Source of the DNA: Planctopirus limnophila DSM 3776
GTDB lineage: Bacteria > Planctomycetota > Planctomycetia > Planctomycetales > Planctomycetaceae
Reading direction: 5' to 3'
Assembly: GCF_000092105.1 (NCBI RefSeq)
Contig: NC_014148.1
Location: 5,370,001-5,402,000 of the forward strand
Length of the DNA stretch: 32,000 nucleotides
Both the position numbers and the translations under genes were made by a program. The notes beneath the pieces were generated by a model. That model saw only the letters and a program-made list of their open reading frames with translations, did no database searches and was not told where the DNA came from. Numbering within the stretch: position 1 is the stretch's first letter; every line of letters starts with the position of its first letter. Below are positions 1 through 9,087 of the stretch, piece after piece.

Positions 1-19
1 ATTCTGGAACTGGCGACGA

Positions 20-976
20 TCAGTTCCATTCCACGGGATGTTCCAGCCGGCCGATGATGCGCTGGAGCCGTGACATCCGCTGTTGGGCTTCCTCAAGTTG
101 CGGCTGAGCCTGAGCTTTCTCGAAATGCGAGATGGCTTTTTTCAAACGTCTGCCCGCCCGTTTGTATTCACCATGCACTTCGCACAGCTGGGCCACATGC
201 AGTTGATCGAGCCCCATCCCCAGTTGGTCACCCGCTTGACGATGATGTCGCCATGCCAGACGGAGCCGGGAGAAGGTTTCATCCGCATCGCCATTGAGCA
301 TCGCGACGAGAGCCAAAGTTCCCCAATCAGCACCCGATTGATCGGGTAACTCGGAGAACTCAGCACTCTCGTCGTCACATTCCAGGCTTAAAGCAGCCTG
401 CGCAAGTTGATCGGCTAAAGTCACTCGTGAAGCCATCAAGGCATCGAGTGCGAGATTTGAAAGATCGAAAGCGTCTGACGATTCACTGGAATAAAGGGCC
501 AGTTGCTGAAAGCGCCGGGCACTCGTGAAGTCGCCAATCTGGCGGTACACCCGGGCAATCATCGATGACGCTCGCGATTGCGTCTGGCGACAGCCCAATT
601 CGCTGGCAAAATCTTGAAGTTGACAGGCATAACCCATGGCATCACGCAGATGACCACGCCGGAGGGAGAGAATCGTAAACAACTCCAGGCATTCGCGTGG
701 CGCCACTTCAGCATCGCAAAGACGATTTAACAGCAGGTCGGCATCATCCAGTTGACCCTGCAGAATCGACTGGGAGATGTCGTCGAGAACTCCGTGAATC
801 CAGCTCTCGGATTCAATCGACTCGCTCTCATTCAGACCACCATGATCGTGATCGTTCTGGCCGTGGCGATTGGTGGAATCGTTGCCGGAGCGCGCCACTT
901 CATCGTCGCCGAAAGGCGAACCTTCGGCAGGTTGATTATCTGACGGATAGAACATGTCCTTCGTCCTTCTCTTCAT
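20..976 (-). CDS. hypothetical protein with an acidic/His-rich N-terminus followed by TPR-like helical repeats
   Basis: Complete 318-codon ORF with its stop at 20-22 on the minus strand. ATG at 976; an alternative in-frame ATG at 955 is preceded by GAAGGA. The N-terminus is low complexity (NDHDHGG, ESESIESES). The rest is amphipathic helices resembling TPR/Sel1-type units. No catalytic motif recognised. Confidence 0.6.
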   Translation of the reverse strand: MKRRTKDMFYPSDNQPAEGSPFGDDEVARSGNDSTNRHGQNDHDHGGLNESESIESESWIHGVLDDISQSILQGQLDDADLLLNRLCDAEVAPRECLELFTILSLRRGHLRDAMGYACQLQDFASELGCRQTQSRASSMIARVYRQIGDFTSARRFQQLALYSSESSDAFDLSNLALDALMASRVTLADQLAQAALSLECDDESAEFSELPDQSGADWGTLALVAMLNGDADETFSRLRLAWRHHRQAGDQLGMGLDQLHVAQLCEVHGEYKRAGRRLKKAISHFEKAQAQPQLEEAQQRMSRLQRIIGRLEHPVEWN

Positions 977-1615
977 TAGCCCAATGAATCGAAGACGAGC
1001 AACTCAAACACAACTTGTGGCGCGTGTTGTTTTGAGGGCGTCCAATGTGATGAGACCTGAGTCCATTCAGAGAATATCAGATTTGCCTATTCTCGCAATA
1101 GATCTCTTTTTAATTATTTTACCCAATTTTCCTAAATGTCGCTTTTTCTCATCATTCCAGCATGAACAGGAGAGCACATCCGGGCGTGTGGAAATCGATC
1201 GACTTTCGATGATTGATCAGAATTCCCGGGGGACGAGGGGTTGATTCAACCCTTCTTTGCATAGGAACTTTGGGCAGATCGTGTTAAATTTGCAGGTTGT
1301 GGTAGGGCGTCATGCAATCCGTCAAATGTCGGATGCTGTGCTTGCCAGACTCGACAGCATTTACTCTAAACTAAAGTCATTTCACAGTTTGCACATTCAT
1401 CGGGTCGCTGCCAACCATCCATCAGGCGTGACTCACTCTGAGGCGATGTCTCGTGAAGATCGCCGCCAGAGGATTAGTTTTTCTTCGATAGATAAGCTGT
1501 TGGATTGGATGAGGTTGTCAATCATTCAGTCTGTCAGATCCACATTCGACAAACGATAGACTCCAGTGCCGGTGACGACCTCAGGTCATCGCGGCCGACA
1601 GGGAAGGAAACAGGA

Positions 1616-3775
1616 ATGGCCGTCGATCTTTACCAGCCCTGCCCGTGTGGCAGTGGGAAGAAACTCAAATTCTGCTGTGCACCGATCTCCGACGAAATGT
1701 CGCGTGTCGACCGGTTGATCGCAGATGGCCAGTTACGCCCTGCATTAACGGCCCTCGAAGCTCTCGACCGCAAAGTGACTCCCGATACGTCCAGCCATGC
1801 CTGGATTGTGACCACGACATCCACCGTCCATTTGCAGATGGAACGGCCAGATCTCGCTCGCGATCTGCTCAAAAAACTGCTCGAGACTCATACCGACAAC
1901 GACTACGCTTTCTGCCTCTATGCGATGGCTTCGCTCGCGACAGACAGCTACGAACCGTCTCGCAAAATCATCCAGAAGGCATTCTTCCGCTGCACCCGCA
2001 AATACCCCGCCATGTGCAGTCATCTGGCCATTGGTATCGCAACCGTCATGATGTCGCGCAATGCCTGGATGGCCACTCGCGAAGCGATGTCACTCGCACT
2101 TCGCTTTGCCGCAGAAGACGAACGTCAGGATGTCTTCCTCCGGCTGCTGCAGGTCGATAACAATCCGCAGATTCCCTGGCCACTGCGCGGAGCGCATCAT
2201 CTCCCCGAGTTCACCGGGAGCGAAGAGCACGAGAAGGAATTCAAAAAGGGTCAGAAGTTTGTGCAGATCGGCTGCTTCGAAGCGGCTGCCGATACTTTTG
2301 CAGCGCTGTCCCGCCAGCTTCCGGATGCTCCCGCTGTCGCCCATGCGGCCGCTTTGTGCCGGGCCTGGGATGGAAACGAAGCCGAAGCCGCCGCTGGCTT
2401 CCATCAGGCCGCTCGTCTCTACACCGATCGATCGAAGGCCGTCGAATGCGAGACGCTGGCTCAACTCCTGCAGATCAGTGCCAGCTCCGATGAGCCGAAT
2501 CTCGTTCGTCACGAGTTTTCGGTCTCTTCAGTCTCGCGTCTGCTCACAGCTTTCGATCAGCACGATCGTCTCAACCGCGAAGAGCGCGACTTCTCGCGGT
2601 TGCCAGTCGCTCCGGTGGCCGTTTACCAGATTTATGATCGCAGCCTGAAAGACCTGGTCCTTGGTGAAGGTCTCCCTGCGCCAGATCAGCTCCCTTCGTC
2701 CTTGGGTGAAGTGCATATCTTCGATGCAGCGCCGGATGGCTCAGCACAGGCACTGGCTGGCCTGGTGGCTTACGCCGGTAATGAAATGGAAACCGCGATT
2801 GCTCTTCTCAAAGAAGCCGCCGGCGACCTATTGGGCGATACCAGCGAAACGAATCAGCCCATCGCGGGTGTTCCCGAGCAGTGGATCGAGTTGCAAAGGC
2901 AGCATTATTTCCCTTCCCGATTGACACCTTCGCAGATTCGCGAGCTGGAAGACCAGCTCTTTAACTGGAAGCTCAATGAGAAGTGGGCCAAGACACCTGC
3001 CGCCGGGTTGGCAGGCAAATCGCCAGAGGAAGCTGCCAAAGATCCTGCGATGAACATCGCCGTCACAGCAGCGATTTTCGTTCTCGATTCGTTTGCTGCT
3101 CAGGTTCGCAAACTGCTCGATATCCGGAAGATTTTCCAGCAGCTTCAAGTGGAACCACTCCCACTGCTGGAAGTGACCCCCGAGACACCCCTGGCCAATC
3201 TATCGGTGATCGATTTCCAGCGATTGCCCGTCTCTCAACTCTCTGATGAGCAGCTCAAGCTGGCGTTCAATCGTGCACTGCTCATTCAGCATCCGCAGTT
3301 CCTCTATGACGTCGAAATTGAAATCACCCGCCGACCCGAGCCTCTCGACAAGGTCGATAAGGTCAAGCTCTATCGCTCTCTGGGTGAAATGGAACTTCTG
3401 CGGAACAACTTCCAGGGTGCACTTCACTGGATTGGCGAAGAACGCAAACTCCCGGCTCCTCAAGGCACCACCGAGTTTTCGTTCACGCTCCAGCACGATA
3501 TGTACGAGTTGAATCTGCGCGCCATGGCACCGGAAGTTACCGGCTACGACGAACTGATTCAAAAATTCGTCAACTACTATCTTCCCAAGCTGCCGCAACT
3601 CCTCGAGTTTCTGGAGTCCGTCTCAGCCATCTCGCGCAAACCACTTCCTGGCATCTCGGCTTCAGGGATTGTCACACAGACCGACACGGCCACATCCGGC
3701 GGCCTCTGGACTCCCGATCAGCCACAAACCACGGCCAGTTCAAGCGGTGGTGGACTCTGGTTGCCCGGGAACTGA
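1616..3775 (+). CDS. SEC-C motif domain protein (N-terminal SecA-type metal-binding motif) with a TPR-like helical body
   Basis: The ORF is open from TTG 1505, but the first in-frame ATG is 1616, just downstream of GGAAGGAAACAGGA. The N-terminus MAVDLYQPCPCGSGKKLKFCC matches the SEC-C Zn-binding motif (nt 1640-1678). The remaining ~700 aa are helical with no other motif I recognise. The C-terminus has two GGLW(T/L)P copies. Confidence 0.8.
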   Translation: MAVDLYQPCPCGSGKKLKFCCAPISDEMSRVDRLIADGQLRPALTALEALDRKVTPDTSSHAWIVTTTSTVHLQMERPDLARDLLKKLLETHTDNDYAFCLYAMASLATDSYEPSRKIIQKAFFRCTRKYPAMCSHLAIGIATVMMSRNAWMATREAMSLALRFAAEDERQDVFLRLLQVDNNPQIPWPLRGAHHLPEFTGSEEHEKEFKKGQKFVQIGCFEAAADTFAALSRQLPDAPAVAHAAALCRAWDGNEAEAAAGFHQAARLYTDRSKAVECETLAQLLQISASSDEPNLVRHEFSVSSVSRLLTAFDQHDRLNREERDFSRLPVAPVAVYQIYDRSLKDLVLGEGLPAPDQLPSSLGEVHIFDAAPDGSAQALAGLVAYAGNEMETAIALLKEAAGDLLGDTSETNQPIAGVPEQWIELQRQHYFPSRLTPSQIRELEDQLFNWKLNEKWAKTPAAGLAGKSPEEAAKDPAMNIAVTAAIFVLDSFAAQVRKLLDIRKIFQQLQVEPLPLLEVTPETPLANLSVIDFQRLPVSQLSDEQLKLAFNRALLIQHPQFLYDVEIEITRRPEPLDKVDKVKLYRSLGEMELLRNNFQGALHWIGEERKLPAPQGTTEFSFTLQHDMYELNLRAMAPEVTGYDELIQKFVNYYLPKLPQLLEFLESVSAISRKPLPGISASGIVTQTDTATSGGLWTPDQPQTTASSSGGGLWLPGN

Positions 3776-3816
3776 GACCAATCGCCAGGTGACACACACT
3801 CGCTTGGTAATAGACG

Positions 3817-3839
3817 ACCCGGCCAACTTATGGCCGGGT
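3817..3839 (+). terminator. candidate stem-loop terminator after the SEC-C gene
   Basis: acccggcc-aacttat-ggccgggt forms an 8-bp GC-rich stem with a 7-nt loop, 42 nt after the TGA at 3773-3775. It is followed by ttgtcatactt, which is only a weak U tract. Confidence 0.4.
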
Positions 3840-3909
3840 TGTCATACTTCGCGCGACGACAAGCTGCCGCTCCATGCGTGTTCCCTGCCACAACCTTTCA
3901 CTCGGCCTT

Positions 3910-3951
3910 GGGTGGCACGACCCTGAAGGCATTGCGAAAGGGCGTGGTCTT
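3910..3951. repeat. 42-nt hairpin-forming intergenic repeat, copy A (partner at 17153-17194)
   Basis: gggtggcacgaccctgaaggcattgcgaaagggcgtggtctt is 39/42 identical to 17153-17194 in the same orientation. The arms CACG(A/C)CC and GGGCGTG flank a 17-nt loop. It lies between convergent genes. Confidence 0.75.
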
Positions 3952-4006
3952 GCCCTAGCGACAACCACAATGGCCGCGTCGAACCTCTTTGTTGATGGCT
4001 AAGTGC

Positions 4007-4032
4007 CATGCTTGCGGCTCGGAGCAAGCATG
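4007..4032. terminator. 9-bp stem hairpin between convergent genes (possible bidirectional terminator)
   Basis: catgcttgc-ggctcgga-gcaagcatg. It is followed on the plus strand by tttaaag. It lies 43 nt downstream of the minus-strand stop at 4075. There is no clear U tract on the minus strand. Confidence 0.35.
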
Positions 4033-4074
4033 CTTTAAAGATCTCTCAACAAGCAGTTCAGCTCGGAAATCCCA

Positions 4075-4428
4075 TCAGAAGACGCCACTTGTTGGCGAAA
4101 AATCCTGTGAGAACTGCTTCGGATTCAGCTTCATACCAGTCTCACGATCTTCCTTTGCCCCCTGTTTATCTAACGCCATCAGGCGCAATTGCCAGCGGTG
4201 GAAGTAGAACTCCCATTGATCGGGAGTACTTGCAATCAATTGATCAAGAATCTGAATAGCACCTTTTGTCTCATGAGTTTCTGCCAAAGCGATCGCTTTG
4301 AGAAACAACAGTCTCTGCCGCTGATCGGCATTGATGTCCGCTGCACCGAGCGTCTCTTCAATGATTGGCAGGGCATCTTCCGCCCGACCGCGATGAAGGA
4401 TCGAACAGATTTCCAGATCCACCGGCAA
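4075..4428 (-). CDS. small TPR-like hypothetical protein
   Basis: 117-codon ORF with a helical, TPR-like sequence (AEDALPIIEETL..., AIQILDQLIASTPDQWEFYFHRWQL..., ETGMKLNP). There is no in-frame ATG near the 5' end, so the start must be TTG 4428 or GTG 4422, which lowers confidence. Overlapping plus-strand ORFs look non-protein-like. Confidence 0.45.
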   Translation of the reverse strand: MPVDLEICSILHRGRAEDALPIIEETLGAADINADQRQRLLFLKAIALAETHETKGAIQILDQLIASTPDQWEFYFHRWQLRLMALDKQGAKEDRETGMKLNPKQFSQDFSPTSGVF

Positions 4429-4619
4429 GGTCTGGAAGTTTTCTTCATGTGACCAGGGCGAAATTCAGTCTCGCGGCTTGTAGTAGATTGTCGTGGACTG
4501 CGATGGGGGAGCGGGTGCCAGCATGCGATCGATCATCGCACCGCACCCTGACCCCATCATGGCGAGGAGAAGCCAAGTGGCAATTCGCTTCCCACAATCC
4601 ACAACCATCGCCTCCCCAA

Positions 4620-6842
<2,223 letters not shown>

Positions 6843-7136
6843 CCTGACCAGCCTGACGACAGACGCTCTCCCCGGCCGACTCCGCCGGAAGGTTGCTGTC
6901 GCTCAACACCAGTCTGACTTGAAAAATACGACTCGCGATCGAGTCTGATTATTCTGAGAAGTTCTTCCCGCCGGGCGAGTCGCTTTCTGGGCAGGTTGAA
7001 GACCTCTCGACATCCCTTCACAGCTTACAAGAACCGGGAAAATTTGTCCGTCCCGGCCATAGAGGAATTTCCAGTGAAGAAGGTTCACGCCGGCAATTAT
7101 CTGGGCTGACTCGAATTGAGTCATGGGGACCACTGG

Positions 7137-7170
7137 AAAAACGAAAAAACCCCATATCGCTATGGGGTTT
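7137..7170 (-). terminator. rho-independent terminator of the lipoprotein gene
   Basis: On the minus strand: aaaccccata-gcga-tatggggttt followed by TTTTCGTTTTTCC. The core stem is 7 bp (CCCCATA/TATGGGG). It lies about 35 nt after the TAG at 7205-7207. Confidence 0.75.
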
Positions 7171-7204
7171 ATCACGCTTTGAGCGGAGTTGAGCCAACCA
7201 TCAA

Positions 7205-7798
7205 CTACTTCATGAAGAAATCTGTTGGGCCGCGGTGTGTGTAATAGGGGTACTGCACCATGCCAGCCGGGACTGGGCCGGTGGGATAGCTGAGGTTTTG
7301 CGGCCAGACATGCCGGTAAGTGTGGTGACTGTGTGGGTAGCCGCAACCTTTGCCGCAGCGTTTGCAGCCATCCGGTGGGCAGGCATTGCCATACTGACAA
7401 TGTGGGCAGCCATCTCCACGACCTTGGCCTAAGCCTTGACCGTAGGTGGGATGGTTGGTGTAAACCTGGCCCTGGTTGCCGGTGAAGTAACCTTCATTCC
7501 CGGCGTAGTAGCCACCCTCAAAGCCGTAATTGTGATTACGAGCCCCGGGCACCAACGTGTAATCGTGGTGTTTGGCGTGTGCTTTCGCGTGCTGGCCATA
7601 TCCGGGTGCAGAACCCATCAGTGGAGCCTGTGTGCGTTCCTGATTCAGAATGGCGGCCTGATCAACAGGTGAACCATCGGCCAGAACGTAAGGAGACTGT
7701 CCGCGAACTGTCTGATCAGTCACGGAACAGCCTGAAAACAAAGCTGCAATTCCAAGTGCCAGGATTCCGAGCGTTGATGTCGAGTTCATTCTCGCCAT
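7205..7798 (-). CDS. lipoprotein with a Gly/Tyr/His-rich region and a C-terminal Cys cluster
   Basis: The ORF is open to 7825. ATG 7798 is preceded by GGTGGGGGA; ATG 7789 is an alternative. Signal peptide with lipobox LFSGC. Mature part has HAKAHAKHH, GFEGGYYAGNEGYFTGNQG, CPHCQYGNACPPDGCKRCGKGC and HSHHTYRH, and ends YPYYTHRGPTDFFMK. Confidence 0.75.
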   Translation of the reverse strand: MARMNSTSTLGILALGIAALFSGCSVTDQTVRGQSPYVLADGSPVDQAAILNQERTQAPLMGSAPGYGQHAKAHAKHHDYTLVPGARNHNYGFEGGYYAGNEGYFTGNQGQVYTNHPTYGQGLGQGRGDGCPHCQYGNACPPDGCKRCGKGCGYPHSHHTYRHVWPQNLSYPTGPVPAGMVQYPYYTHRGPTDFFMK

Positions 7799-8127
7799 TC
7801 CCCCACCGTCAATACGATGCCCCATGCCAGAGAAGACTTCTCCAGGCTCTCAAAAGGGTTATCGACCATTTCGCAGCAAAACACGAACAATTGGTGTGCC
7901 AAGTCTTTTCGGCATGATCCGCGCGGACGGAACGCCTTGCAGGGTCAGCCTAATCCGGATAAATTCACAGACTGTCAACTGGAGGGATCCAGGACTCATT
8001 ATCGACAGAAGTCTATCTCAGATATTGATTTAGCTTTCGATGGATACACCTTGCCCCTGATCGGTACCGGTTGATCCGGTCATTCGAAGACGGGTTTGAT
8101 CAGGATGTGATTGTCAGGGAGGGGCTG

Positions 8128-8871
8128 ATGTTCGTTGCAATTTCTTCTCGATGTTTTTCGGATGTTTCGTTCGCAGAAGCCTGCTCGCAGATCGCAGATC
8201 TGCATTACGACAAGCTCGAATTGTGGATGGACGACGCCTCGGAACATTTGAAGTCGTCTTATGTGGCCGAAAATCCCGAGCGATTCGTCAAGCAGTATCG
8301 GGAAGCGACCCGGTTGACACCTGTGGCGATCAGCCTCGAGCAAGATCTTCCGCCCGGCCCATTTGAATCCATTTGTAAACTGGCCAAGATCCTCAAGATC
8401 ACCCAGATCACGATTCCAGCGGGTGCTTTGGGTACACCTTTTAATGAAGAGATTGATCGCCTGCGTAGTCGCCAGGCGATTGCCAGCACCTCGGGAATTC
8501 GTCTCTCCTTAAAGATGAAGACTTCGACACTGACAGAAGATCCACGAACGGCTGTCGAGCTTTGTCAGTCAGTTCAAGGATTGGGGATTACTCTCGATCC
8601 GAGTGCCGTCATCTGTGGGCCATTCTCGAATCAATCGATTGATCCCGTCTTTCCTTACACTTATCACACGCATTTGAGGGATACCTCTCCCACACAATTG
8701 CAGATTCCCGTCGGTCTGGGGGAAGTCGATTACAACCGGATCATCAGTCAGTTGCAGCGCTGCAACTACACGAGGGCTCTTTCCGTCGAGATGTATCCGG
8801 AATTGATTACCGATTCAGATCGTTCGCTGGAACTCCGGAAGATGCGCATGCTGCTGGAAAGCCTGCTCTAA
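8128..8871 (+). CDS. sugar phosphate isomerase/epimerase-like (xylose isomerase-like TIM barrel) protein
   Basis: ATG 8128 is preceded by GGGAGGGG; the ORF is open from TTG 8071. Length (~247 aa) and pattern (MFVAISSRCF..., DKLELWMD, ITIPAG, GIRLSLKM, THLRD, ALSVEMYP) resemble AP-endonuclease-2/xylose-isomerase-like TIM-barrel proteins. Assigned by eye only. Confidence 0.55.
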   Translation: MFVAISSRCFSDVSFAEACSQIADLHYDKLELWMDDASEHLKSSYVAENPERFVKQYREATRLTPVAISLEQDLPPGPFESICKLAKILKITQITIPAGALGTPFNEEIDRLRSRQAIASTSGIRLSLKMKTSTLTEDPRTAVELCQSVQGLGITLDPSAVICGPFSNQSIDPVFPYTYHTHLRDTSPTQLQIPVGLGEVDYNRIISQLQRCNYTRALSVEMYPELITDSDRSLELRKMRMLLESLL

Positions 8872-9011
8872 CAGATTCTCCAAGAACGCCGTGTTCATCG
8901 CACATCCGCAGCCAGACTCAGCTTCGATCCGTTGAGCAGCCGTTTTTCGGCCCGTTTTCCCATAGCATTCGCACATCGTAACGAACAGACTGGAATCAGC
9001 GTCTTTGCGCG

Positions 9012-9050
9012 GCGAGCAGTGATGACTTCATGAGAAGTCATGCTGCTCGC
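9012..9050 (+). other. long imperfect hairpin in the spacer upstream of the TPR-peptidase gene
   Basis: gcgagcag-tg-atgacttc-atga-gaagtcat-g-ctgctcgc gives 8+8 bp with a small bulge and a 4-nt loop. It lies 141 nt after the stop at 8871 and 38 nt before ATG 9088. There is no strong U tract. Confidence 0.4.
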
Positions 9051-9087
9051 TGGCCTATTTCCGGTTCTGCTGGTCAGGTGCTGAGTG

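Noticed and set aside
954-1559. ORFs 954-1244 and 1257-1559 in the long divergent intergenic region.
   Set aside because: They have an AT-rich, non-coding-like composition, start at non-ATG codons without an RBS, and contain no recognisable motifs. I kept the region as a non-coding curiosity instead.
4426-4448. ATG at 4448 (MKKTSRP...) in a different frame just upstream of the TPR-like ORF, suggesting a frameshifted or pseudogenised start.
   Set aside because: The ATG-frame ORF (4236-4448) translates to Cys/Arg/Trp-rich nonsense, and no slippery sequence is evident. A TTG/GTG start for the TPR-like ORF is the simpler reading. The call is kept at low confidence.
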